Shown in pieces: positions 49,398 through 62,299 of a DNA stretch of 64,000 nucleotides (positions are counted from its first letter, which is position 1; each line of letters opens with the position of its first letter). The notes beneath the pieces are model-generated. The model was given only the letters and a program-made list of their open reading frames with translations. It was not told where the DNA came from and searched no databases. The position numbers were made by a program, and so were the translations under genes. The stretch comes from Haliotis cracherodii (taxonomy: Eukaryota), in NCBI RefSeq assembly GCF_022045235.1, contig NW_027266264.1:45570001-45634000 (forward strand), read 5' to 3'.

Positions 49398-52300
49398 AAA
49401 AAGTTGAGTTCAATCACGATTTTGCCGAAATTAATATAAACAATATTTAATGATATCTTCGATTAAGTTAATATAATAGATAACAAACAAACTACTGTCA
49501 CAAGCCTAATTATAAACATAATGCTGAGTGTTGCGTTGAGACAAAAACATGACATGATTCAATTCTATATACATATGATTATTTTTCAATTTGCAGATCC
49601 TGTATTGGAGACTCTAAATAAATGTAACAGAGTCATGCTTTTCTCTGCTATAATGGATTCAGACCTTTTTAACAGCAGCTTTGTCTCCAAAACCCGTAGA
49701 CAACTCCCTGAAATGGAAAGAAAAGTCTTAGACCTAGCTGCGGCTACAGATATTGTACAAGGCATTTTCTACTCCATTGCCTTTACACAGGGAAGTCAGA
49801 TGTTTGTGTCCTATTTTGAAAGTGGATGCTTCTCTGGAATCATGCCATCCATTTCCAATGTTCTTCAGGAATCGGATTCAACAGTCACTCAACTTTTACC
49901 ATATAGGTGGTGATGTTAAGTATTAGTAATGTCTGTCCTTCAATACAGTTATCATAGTATGGATTCATACCAATTTCATGAAGTCAGAAAATTATTATTA
50001 TCTATCTGTATAGCATTTAGCAGTCTGCAACTTTAGCCACTAGTTGGAAGCCCAAGGCTAGTAAAATTCTGTTTGGTCTATTAAACGCAGTTAAGAATAG
50101 TCCATATAACAACACTACATTCTACTGAAAATGATCCTAAGAGCCGACCTCAGACTAGTACCAGTAGTAGTCTTAGCAGTTTTTGGAGACTGATTATGTG
50201 TTACTTTACTAGCCTATATAGCACGAGTGGTGCAGCCCTGAATATAATACATTTATGAATTATGCACATTATATCTTTTTTGTCCTAAGAATACTCGCCC
50301 GCAAAGACTTGAACAAGAAAGTTCTACAGCAGCAAAAGGCAGCACTCTCTCGAAGCAAAAGCCATGTGAAACAGAATGGGCATACTGATGGTAATGTATA
50401 TAGATAAATATATTGTGCTGTAAAAGGTAGCAGTTTAAATGGCATGTTGACAATCTTTGATATATTGGAAGCATTTTATTGAGCATTGTAATTTGGTACA
50501 TATTCTCAATTTGAATTTAATTCTGGTTCCTTTGTCAGCCAGTTTTCCATGTATGAATCAATTTGTATTTTATTGGACATATATGTGCAGTAATGATATA
50601 AGTTGTGTGGAAACCTCTGTTACCTTTGTTGCATTTTCTTGTTCACCGAGTAAAACCTTTTTGATCAGTATATTTTGAGACTACGAGCCCAAACTTGGTT
50701 CTTAGCATCATATTCAGTATATTTTAGTGTTATCATATGGCATTACTAGACCAAAGAGACTTTTTAAAAACCTGGGCTTCCCACTAGTGGCTAAAGCATT
50801 GAATTCTACATACCACTGCTCGAGTCCTGTAGTCCTTTGCAGTACTGCCCATTAGTTAAGGTATTATACGTACCAGTAGAAATTTACCCTTTTTAAGGGT
50901 TCTGCTGTATGTTATCATTATAAGGACAAGTGTACTAAAACTGTTAGTTTCTATTGCTGGTATGGCACTCCAATGTGTCAAGCCCTGAGTAATCTGTGGA
51001 GTAGCTGTATTGAACTCAAAGTATGTTGACATTCATCATGTTCATCTCTTATTATGCACATACCACTACCTTAACAGCAGTTGTTATGATTGCATACTTT
51101 AGATTTTCTTTGTAAGTATGTTTATTTTCATTGTGATCATAGTCATAGTTGCTCACATTTAATGATATACCCAGTAGTTTGCTTTTGTTAGTTACATCTT
51201 ATATTAGTCTAATTTCCATACGTTTCATCACTATGTTATGTTTTATTTCTGTTACTAAAGACCACAGTGGACAATACATTTTCTACGAAATGTTATTCTC
51301 ATTTGGTGCCATCTATGTCAAATAATTTATATGAATTTATACATGAGAGGACAAGTATTGAAAAAGTAATTATTGTATATACCAACTTGGTTTGGAAAAA
51401 TAGCAATAACATTATTGTAATGTTTGATTAGGTTTGTTTAAGGCATCATCAGGTTTTTTCATTGTTTGTAATTTTCATGGGTTTCTTTCAGCCTTGTGTT
51501 TCTTTAAGTATAAACATAATAAAGTATAGTTGGCCATGAATATAATAAGAACAAATTAAACTTTTTAAAAACTTTTGTAGTTAATCAGCATGATCAGAGC
51601 AATGTTGTTGTTTTTCAGGACCCAAGAGACAATGCTACAGCCAGTATTTCAACAGCAGATGGAGTATATGCAAAGTAGTGTTTGATAAGTTGTCCATTCT
51701 TGCACAGTCTGAAGACATATCCAACAAGCGTCAGGTATCATCTGTGATTTTCCACTGTCAAGAAGAATGCAGATGAAATCACATACATGACCGGTGTAAC
51801 TTTATATACAAGTTCCATAGTTACAGTATAAATGTTTTTATCTTGGCAGTGCCACTATCAATCTCATTTCACAAATGCTAAACTTTGAAAGGCCATCATT
51901 ATGCATCCTCCTCCTGTTATGAATGTAACCAAATAGTCAATAAACAAAAGTCAGTGTTTGTTTTTAGCTCACCTGACTGATATTATCAAGTTTCATTTAC
52001 CACAAAGTTTGCTTATTTACAAACCGTCTCAATCTTGCTCACTCACTACTCCCTTCTTGGGGTGAAACCGCACATTGGTGCATCGATGCATCGTCATTTT
52101 TTTGTATCAATACAAGACGATATCGACACTTGATAAAATTAATTACTTACTGCTCGTTTGATGACACCAAGCATTTTTGTCAGTCAAATATAGCGAAATG
52201 TGTTGTAATTAGGGTTTCAAGTTCACTACTAAAAATAGCCGCTGCAAAACATGTCTACAGCTATTTTGACCTTTTTATAGTCAAGAAGTTTCCACATGAT

Positions 52301-53847
52301 TTGAAGCAGTTCTACAATACGTATTGTATCGTGATCTTGCTGTTGTGTTTCACTGTACTCCCTTCACCTATGATAGTAACACATTTATTTGACTATTTTA
52401 ACAGGCCTCTACACATATTTGGGCTTCATGACACTGATACACTTTTGCAAGTTCTAAAGCATCACAGAATCCATGGAAACCACGTTATAGATGACCCTGT
52501 GGACTTCAGCAGCTTGAAAAAAGAAATAAAACCCAAAAGTGTTGAAGAAGAGTTCCACATTTTGTCATCAGTATCAAACTATCACTGGTACAATGACCAA
52601 AAAGCGAGCTACATGCAGTACTTTTCTACATACAATGAAGACACAAGGAAGTACCCTGCCTTTTTTTAAGAAATAAAATCATATTTCACTTCTGAATTGG
52701 ATGTCAAGAAAAGTAAAGTCAAAGTGTGAAGATGCTTTCTGCTCAACATGCTCAGGGAACAGTGAAGACTCCACTCACTCATCACAGACTACATCCATGC
52801 AGCCTCCACAGAAACGAAGATGAATTGCAAACCATGTGACATCAGACAACTTTGCCCATTCTCTCAACCTACACGAAGACATAGTCACTTCTAATGTTGC
52901 TCAACCATCATTGCTGTTTGACAACTTCTCAACTTCTCATTGAAGGTGGCACTATTCTCTGGCAATCTCATTTCTTTACAAAGGATGTGTTGATTATGAG
53001 TGACTATTGTCCTGAAAGTGGAAAGTTCAAGCCCCAGTCATACTGCAAAGTGACAATGCTTCATGAGGAGGAGGATACAACACATCTCCAGTGTTCTTGT
53101 TCTGTTTACAAGATGTCATGTTAACGAAAGTTACATTGAAAATGACAACACAGAAGAAACATATCTAGACACATCAGGTGTTACATGCATGCATGCCCGA
53201 TTTGTGAAAGAGTATTTACTGCAAGATTATCACAATCTCTTCAGTTCAGAATTTCAACCTGAATCTGACAAAGATAAAAAGTTAAGGGATTCAATGTTAG
53301 TGCAAAATCATGAAATAGTGCTGGTTGCAGAATCTCCTTGTGTAACCAAATATACAGTCAAAGGAAGAAATGAAAATGTTGAATTTGTACATGTCAACAA
53401 TGATACCTGGACTATTTCATGTCAATCAGGACTTTGTTCTGTTGGAAAATCTAAAACTGTAAAGAACTTAGAGGCATTCCAAAGGCTCTGTCCACATTTA
53501 TTGTCAATGAAAGAAAACCAACAACTCTGGATTCCTTCAACATCAACTGAGAACACTGAGGAACTAATGATCCCTTCTTCTTCTACCCCGGTACATTCAC
53601 TGAAAAGGTATGTTAAACCATGCAACAAAACCTTCGTTTGTATCTTATAATTAAAAGTACATGTAGGTATTGGGTCATGAGTATTCCGCCTGTCCTGGCT
53701 TTGTTATCAGCAAAATCTGAATCAAAGTTACTTCAAGATGTAATACCTATATATAGGGGTGGCTACTGGGTGTTATTTTCACTATTGTAGTTGTATTGTA
53801 ATAGTAGCCCGCACTATCATGACTATTGCAATAGTATTGTGATATGC

Positions 53848-54037
53848 ACCGTAAACAATGGGGAATTAAATTCTGGAAAAATATATCTGTCATACATAAA
53901 CATTTCCGGCTGTCAGCGTAAACCACGAAATTTATCTTTCAACTCTCCTTTTTTTTCACCAAAATAATATTCTAATAAGAGCCCCCAATTTCTAATTTTG
54001 AGAGCGCCTAGGCCGCTTATTACGTCGAATACGGTAT
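53848..54037. mobile_element. Partial copy of the 14119-14451 MITE
   Basis: aattaaattctggaaaaatatatctgt...gcttattacgtcgaatacggta. Confidence 0.85.
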
Positions 54038-57000
54038 TAATTTTTATGCATACTATTAACATTACCAAGGTGTTTTTAGTTTCCTGTCGATATAGAGCAA
54101 ATAACTGCAATAGTTTTATAGTTTGATATACCAGTACCGGTATTGTAAAATTACTATCGTAATTGGTTCATTATTTACTGATTGATACATTTTTGTGGTT
54201 TGTTGTTAAATTCAGATCTGATGCATCCATTCTTCTTAGTATTAATAAACATAATATGTCAAATACTGATAAATACTGTTCAGGAACATATGGTTGAAAA
54301 AAGGCACATTTCTTTCCATTTAGTCAAAATTGCTGATTTTATCCTTGGAATTGTTTCCTTTTAACATGTTCATAAAACTGTTATTGCTAATGTTTGCACT
54401 TTCATCACAAGTCAAACTTGAATGTCGACACTGGCTTCTGGGACTTTGGATCACTGAGTAAACATATTCCAACTGCTCAGAGTTGCCCAAAATACAGGGA
54501 GTAAGTAGTATCTTTATCTTTAATTGCTCTGCTGTGTGAACTATTTGTGTATAGATTTCATATAGTCTGACAACAAAACACTGCAATGGAACTATCTAAA
54601 TTCAAATGTAAGCTATTGAAGTCAATGCTTATTATTCATGTTTCCTAACATTAAAACATGTCAAGTGCACATTGTTTCCTCCACTGCTCTTTGTTAAAAT
54701 GTTGTGTATCATATTGTATTTTAAGGGATTAATTAGGACATATCTTGTTGTATTTCAGAAATACTGGTTTTGTCAGTATTATCTTGCTTTGTCCTGCACT
54801 ACCAGAAAACTGTTCATGTGGGGTATGTATGAATTTCCAAGCACAGTATGTCCAGTTTGCTTTATCGCTGATAGCCATAGGGACTGGAGGGATTTATCCA
54901 CACCTGCTCAAATTGACTTGAATGCCATATATGTATAATCTTATGATGGATCATAATTTAAGTAATTTTAGAAAAATGCTAATTTTTAACCAAACGATTA
55001 AATAAATCCTAATTTGCCTGCCAGGGGCACATGGTTAAGAATCAGCTTAAAAAACTACCTGACAGTTGCAGGTCATTTTGACTTTTTGTAACCTTATCAA
55101 ACAGAACTTTGTTACCAAAAGGTCACTCTGACAGCCTTTGCTTTCAGTTCATGTCTGATGTTGTCCAATCACAAGATGTTGGCATATATATATATTTTAG
55201 ATCCATTTACAAGATTAAGGATGACTGGAAGAATGTATACTGTAGGGGTCAGATAATGCTCAAAATGTACTGAGGACAATCCATGAATTTACAGGTCCAA
55301 TTCATATGTTACTACTGGTCCTTGTTGCGTTATCAATCATGCACCAAGCTTTAATCTTTTTTCAGTGCACCTTCCATGATGTACAAACACCAGATGGCAT
55401 TAACCTACTACAGCAGCACAGCACGAAAACAACACTTTACACCCGACTAGCCCCTATTATGGCAAATGTTTGCTGTATTATACAGAGGAAGAGGACAGTA
55501 TTCCTTTTTGGAGGAAGAAACCACCACTGTTGATGAACTGTCATGACTTTTTGTATAGAATTACAAGCTTTTCAAGTGACAGTGTCACATTCACTGGTTT
55601 CTGCAAAGAAATGGATCGTATATACAAGTCAAGACACATTGTCTCAGAGTACATTTAACAACTGTTTTTTTCTCCTGGGCAGCTAATATGAAGATTGACT
55701 TCAGGAAGATTGGAGATCCATTCTGTAAATCTTCCGAAGTACTTGCATGTGATGGAACCAGTCAGTTTTAGAGATGTCAAACTTATTCGGCCCGAAAAAC
55801 ATAATCTTTTGCAGAGTTCTTACACCTCACAATTTGCAGCTGAAATACATGTACATTATTTTCATAGTGTACCTTGCAGACTATGCAAAGAAATGCTTAC
55901 ATATTTACCTGCTTACCAGGATGCACATAGCATCCCTAAATCTTACAATCCAGAAAGTGGCGTGGCATATCATTTTACTGAAAGTGGAGAACAGGTTAGA
56001 AAACTCCCTATCTACAACCTAAATAAGATCAGCAAAACTAAAATTTATGATGACCTACCAGCAGCAGATGAAAGATGTAACAAGGACTTCCCTAGAGTCA
56101 GCACAAGTGGACGCAGTAGTTTGTTTTTCTGGTTTTGTTCCATTCATGGTCATTGTCTTGGGTTCCACATAATTCCTGAAAGTGAAGGCAGAAAAGATCC
56201 ATTTGCTTCCATGTTCAGGTACCTGCCTGAACCACCAACACATGTACTTTATGACTTTGCTTGTTCACTTTCTGAATACTGCTTGAATAGACAACCTTCA
56301 TTCTTTAAAGGCACTTGATTCTTCCATGATTATTTCCATGGTTGTACGCATGTATGTGGCGATGCTTTCAAGTCTTCAGTGTTTGAAAATGTGGGTGTCA
56401 ACACCGAAATCTGTGAGCAGTTCAATTCACAGTTCCTTACAAAATATCAAAGCAACTTCAACTCATTTGAGCCAGAGCAAGTTTTGTTTTCTTCTTCTTC
56501 TGGAGCAATCAAAATGGAATTAGAGAAAAACTGAAATGTTTTATCAACGATTGCATGTTGCTTTAGATGGTTCAAAGTAAAATGTGATGAATAGTACTCA
56601 CTAACATCAATGTTGCATGATACCGGTGATGTAGGACTGGCTCTAAGACTGTATATTAAAGTCGTTCAAGCCCAACTAGGTTACTCCGTGCATAAGAGGT
56701 TTTTCTAGGCACTTTGTTCTGTAATACTCTGCTGTAGATGAATGATATTTTTCCAGTTATATCTATGTTGTCATACTGCTTTCCTCAAACTTTTTACATT
56801 TATGGTTTATTTTGTTGTAGTTTGAACAGTGAAATGAGTCATACATAGATTTGTTTATTTGCTTTAATGTTAGTCTTAATAAAAAGATAAAACTTACAAA
56901 ATGTGTTTATTTATTTTGTTGAGAACACATATTACCTATCTGTGTAACAAAAGTATTCATTCAACAATAATACCACCAGTCAAATACTAAAGAATCTTGC

Positions 57001-57159
57001 AACAATACAGCACACAAACAACTTCAAACAAGTAAAAAGTAAATGAGTTATTACATGAAACTCAATGAATATATTAAAAAATGCATCTTAACAAAGCCAA
57101 TAATAGGAACATGCGGGTATGGTGTTGTGTCATACATGATATTAACCCCATTTGAATAC

Positions 57160-59445
57160 TGTAGACGTTATGGTTGGCCAACATACCCGCATCAGGAAGA
57201 GCTAGGGTTAGGTTATATATGTCAAGTCTGATGCCGCCACAGATATGTAACAGCCCTATTTGGATACTTACTGCAGACGTTTGGTTCGCCATCATGCCAA
57301 TCGGCCGCATCGGGTTGGTTGGTTGGTTTGTTGTTTAACGCCGCACTCAGCTATATTCCAGCTATATGACGGCGGTCTGTAAATAATCGAGTCTGGACCA
57401 GACAATCCAGTAATTGACATCATGAGCATCGATCCACACAATTGGGATCGATGACATGTATTAACCAAGTCAGCGAGCCTGACCACCGGATCCCGTTAGT
57501 CGCCTTTTACGGCAAGCATGGGTTGCTGAAGACCTATTCTACCCCGGAATCTTCACGGGTCTGGCCGCATCAGGAAGAGCAAGGGTTAGGTTATATATGT
57601 CAAGTCTGATGCCGCCACAGGTATTTAACAACCCTATTTGGATACTGCAGACGTTATGGTTCGCCATCATACCGTTCGGTCGCATCAGGAAGAGCTAGGG
57701 TTAGGTTATATATGTCAAGTCTGATGCCGCCACAGATATGTAACAGCCCTATTTGGGTTAAGGTTTCTACCCAATATATGCCTGACAGTGATTTACAACT
57801 GGGTTATTCCTAAATACAGACGCTGATGTTCTCGTATCTCAACATAAACATGAATCATGAGGTTCTATGGTTAGGTTTTCTACCCAATATATGTCCGACA
57901 GTGATGTAAAACTGGGTTATTCCCGATACAGACGCTGATATCACGAAATCTCAACAGAAACACGAATGATAAGGCGCTAGGGTTAGGGTTTTTACTCAAT
58001 ATATGCCCGGCACTGATGTAAAATTGGATTATTCTTGAATCAGACGCAGTTTTCGTATCTCAACAGAAACACGAATGATAAGGTGCTAGGGTTAGGGTTT
58101 CTACTCAATATATGTCCGGCACTGATGTAAAACTGGATTATTCTTGAATCAGACGCAGATGTCACGAAATTTCAACAGAAACATGAATGATAAGGTGCTA
58201 GGGTTAGGGTTTCTACTCAATATATGTCCGACAGTGATGTAAAACTGGGTTATTCCCGATACAGACGCTGATATCACGAAATCTCAACAGAAACACGAAT
58301 GATAAGGCGCTAGGGTTAGGGTTTCTACTCAATATATGTCCGACAGCGATGTAAAACTGGATTATTCTTGAATCAGGCGCAGATGTTTTCGTATCTCAAC
58401 AGAAACACGAATGATAAGGTGCTAGGGTTAGGGTTTCTACTCAATATGTGTCCAGCACTGATGTAAAATTTGATTATTCTTGAATCAGACGCAGATATCA
58501 CGAAATCTCAACAGAAACACGAATGATAAGGTGCTAGGGTTAGGGTTTCTACTCAATATATGTCCGACAGTGATGTAAAACTGGATTATCCTTGAATCAG
58601 ACGCAGATGTCACGAAATCTCAACAGAAACACGAATGATAAGGTGCTAGGGTTCGGGTTTCTACTCAATATGTGTCCGGCACTGATGTAAAATTTGATTA
58701 TTCTTGAATCAGACGCAGATATCACGAAATCTCAACAGAAACACGAATGATAAGGTGCTAGGGTTAGGGTTTCTACTCAATATATGTCCGACAGCGATGT
58801 AAAACTGGATTATTCTTGAATCAGGCGCAGATGTTTTCGTATCTCAACAGAAACATGCATTATAAGGTGCTAGGGTTAGGGTTTCTACCCATTATGTGTC
58901 CGACAGTGATGTAAAAGTGGGTTATTCCTAAATACAGACGCTGTTGTTATGAAATCTCAACAGAAACATGAATGGTAAGGTTCTAGGGTTAGGGTTTCTA
59001 CCCAGTATATGCCCGACAGTGATGTAAAACTGGATTATCCTTGAATCAGGCGCAGATGTTTTCGTATCTCAACAGAAACACGAATGATAAGGTGCTAGGG
59101 TTAGGGTTTCTACCCATTATATGTCCGACAGTGATGTAACACTGGATTATCCTTGAATCAGGCGCAGGTGTCACGAAATCTCAACAGAAACATACATGAT
59201 AAGGTGCTAGGGTTAGGGTTTCTACTCAATATGTGTCCGACAGTGATGTAAAAATGGATTTTTCTGGAATCAGACGCAGCTGTTGTGGTATCTCAAAAGA
59301 ACCCTCAGAAGAATCGTAAGGTTCTAAGGCTGGTGTTCCTTCCCAATATATGTCTTATTGTGTAGAAAACTGGGTCATTCCTGATACAGACACAGGTGTT
59401 ACTGTATCTCAACAGAAATATGAATCATGAGGTGCTAGGGTTACC
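57160..59445. repeat. Satellite array with a GCTAGGGTTAGG(G) motif: about 3 type-A units, then about 15 type-B units of ~112 bp
   Basis: gctagggttaggg anchors at 57976, 58085, 58197, 58309 and onward. Type-A units (57160-57760) share gctagggttagg..tatatgtc..tgatg. Confidence 0.95.
57312..57562 (-). mobile_element. SINE-like element with (AACC)n tail inserted in the satellite, 9-bp TSD
   Basis: ggccgcatc is duplicated at 57303-57311 and 57563-57571. Removing the insert restores a type-A unit. Confidence 0.9.
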
Positions 59446-60523
59446 CAACACATGCTGAAAAGTGACAAGAAACTGCTTTCTTAGTCACACAGATCCTACT
59501 TATTAATTTCTGTCTTTATGGTACTGCAATTATGCTTAAGTAGAGTGAGTGAAACTTGGGTGCACAGGTGGCCCAATTGTCATGGTTGATGGACCTTGAT
59601 GTGCAGTTAGTGCCAGGATGTCCTGGTCATGGGTTGAAATCGGGAATACAACCCTTCGTATCAGCACCACAATACCTCATGTGGTTGCATAGATCCGTGT
59701 CTCCCTTACAAATCACACTGCCACATGTCCATCTGTTCAGCTTAAGGTCACTATTCTCCAAACCAGTGATCAGAATGGATCCTCACATAACCAATCGACA
59801 CAACTTTGCAGTGTTGAAGCATTTTAGACCATTAGGCCAACTTTTCTCTCAAACAGCATAAAACATCCACACTATGGTGATGGAGACACAACTAGTATCA
59901 CATGTATTTCAATACTTTATTCTATTACAGAAATCCATTTTTTATACTTTATATAAATCAGTAGTGAAAACAAAAAACTTCTGAATAACATATTTGTGAA
60001 ACTTAAAGATTGTGTCAGTTATCTTCAACTTGCTGAATATGAACATTATTAACATTTGGTCATGACAATATTAGTGCTGGAATCAAGAGTGCAGCGTCCA
60101 GTTCATGACATCGTTAAAGGGGATATCTGAAACCACAAAAAAAAAAAACTGAACGAGTTAAATGGTATAATTTAAACATACTGATTATCATTTTATTCTT
60201 CTTATCTATAAGGCTACAATATTTGCCAAAGAAAGGTGAATGAATTTGGTAATGATAGCCCATAGCCTGGTTAAAAATAGTGCTACAACAGTGTAGCTCA
60301 CCTTCACATGTAGTCAACACTTTATAATGACCAAAAAGACAACCACTATACAGACACTATCATTGCTACCCTGCATATATATATTTTTATATTTTCCATA
60401 TAAATACTGAGGACTAAAAAACACTAAAATATCTGAACAAATCATGCTATCATCTTGAGGAGAAACGCACACGGCACAAATTCAGCTCCCTCAGTCTGGC
60501 AAATTTAGAGAAGTTTACATTGC

Positions 60524-60714
60524 CAAATATGCATTTTGATAGAATTTAAAAGCATGGTCAAAGCAAGGTCAAAATTATGAATTATGAAAAAACAGAAATA
60601 TTTTTTGAATCCCATAACATACACAAATATGCATTTTGATAGAATTTAAAAGCATGGTTAAAGCAAGGTCAAAATTATGAATTATGAAAAATCAGAAATA
60701 TTTTTTTAATCCCA
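60524..60714. repeat. 100-bp tandem duplication
   Basis: caaatatgcattttgatagaatttaaaagcatgg...aatccca occurs at 60524 and 60624. Confidence 0.9.
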
Positions 60715-62299
60715 AATTTCATTAGAACTTGTACAAAACTGACTGAATAATGGCAATAAGAAGTTTCAGCTAACAGTGTAGTTCAAGTGCAAAGATCATA
60801 CTGGAATTTGGATTTGAACGTCTTGAACAAATTCTGATGTGATCAACAAATGCGAAGTTTCAGCTTCAGTGGTCCAGTAGTTTCTGAGGAGGTGCTCACA
60901 ACAGATAACTCATCATTGTAGATTGACATGCAGACGATATCTCGAACCTGGACATTAAAATACTGTAAAATTTGCATTTAATCTCAAACCTCAAATGAAA
61001 TATTTCAAATATTTTACATTCACACATTTCTCTGCCTATTGATACAACAATTAGTGAAAGCACACTTTCAAGATTTATTATCTGGCATTGTGCTTAGCAA
61101 CTGCTACACTTTTGATCATTCCAACCCGATAAGTACATAGAAAGTTGCACGATCAAAAACATAAGTTCAAATATTTGAAGGCAAGTGTTTTAAGAAGCAC
61201 ATAGTATTTCAAATAAAAATATGACTAAACTTAATCAATTGCTTAACTCTTTCATCACTGGCTGCCCCAGAGTTATGTCCCTTGAAACCCTGCAGTCCCT
61301 GACACTGACAAGGCCTGTACACTGGCCTCCCTGGCAGTATTATTGGAAAATCACACCATCATTTTTGATGCACTTTTTCTACCAGAAACTTGCTTTTAAT
61401 ATACATTGATCATATACCATTGTAAAGAGGATTAAGTATACTTTAATATTCTTTGTTGTTATTGTCTCTAACCTTTGTCATTATCTAATTACAGGTGTTT
61501 ACAAGTGAAATAAAACTTGAAAACACTGAAAAAATGAAAACAGACAATGAATTTTGGCTCGAATTGTATTAAAAATCACAAAACTAAATCACAGATACAA
61601 GGTAAACATAACACAGTGGTCTTGTCATCTTGGACGGCACAGGTAATCGCAGGTGTTACAGGTAAATTCTCTTCATGCACATCTGTAAACAAATAAACAA
61701 GTTTACAACTCTTGGTACTGACTTTGTTTTCTATACTGATGTCACATATTACTTATGATACACCTACAGCCTCTTAGGTAAACTCGTTAACACAGGTAAA
61801 CTTGTTAACGCAGGTAAACTCGTTAACACAGGTAAAAACAAATATTTGATTTATTTTGTTCTTTTTCAGGATTTGAAACAAAAATTAAGTATTTAAGTTT
61901 TTAAAAAGTAATTTATCACATTACATGAACATTGAACCACAGCTACTATAAGAATGACATCACAGGGAAGATATCACAGATTGATCTGAAGAGGGAAAGA
62001 TTGTAAAAGGACAGAAAGATCGTAAATTCAAGTTCTGCAAATATAAAAGTTGTGATAACATATTTACAATACACTGCTATTTACAACTGCATAATAAATT
62101 AAATCAGTACTTTATTAAATCAATTGATAAATAAATAATTTATACAGTTACTAAAATTTAAATTAAGATGTAAAAAACAAGAGAACAAACATGATTATAG
62201 AAATAAATTTTATTCAAATTGTGCGAAATATAAGGACATACGACAAACCGGCAAACTACAATTCGGATTGCGATCAGAAAAATAAATTAAAAAAAAAAG

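Larger units (their letters stand above)
48211..56580 (+). pseudogene. Spliced, disrupted KDZ (Kyakuja/Dileera/Zisupton)-type transposase gene with SWIM-like zinc fingers
   Basis: Candidate exons 48211-48304, 49597-49906, 50290-50390 and 51619- splice in frame. 52405-53607 has CSC..CMH and C..C..CPH. 55201-56580 has FFSWAANMKIDFR..DPFC..LACDGT, FCSIHGHCLGFHIIPESEGRKDPF, LYDFACSLSEYCLNRQP, HDYFHGCTHVC, NTEICEQFNS. Linkage of the 5' exons is less certain than the catalytic domain. Confidence 0.7.

Noticed and set aside
57700-59445. True or interstitial telomere
   Set aside because: Fewer than two TTAGGG per ~112-bp unit; no pure hexamer tract.
46886-59500. Possible TIR pair for the KDZ element (tgcgactaa near 46897, ttagtcaca near 59481)
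   Set aside because: The match is too short and no target duplication flanks it.
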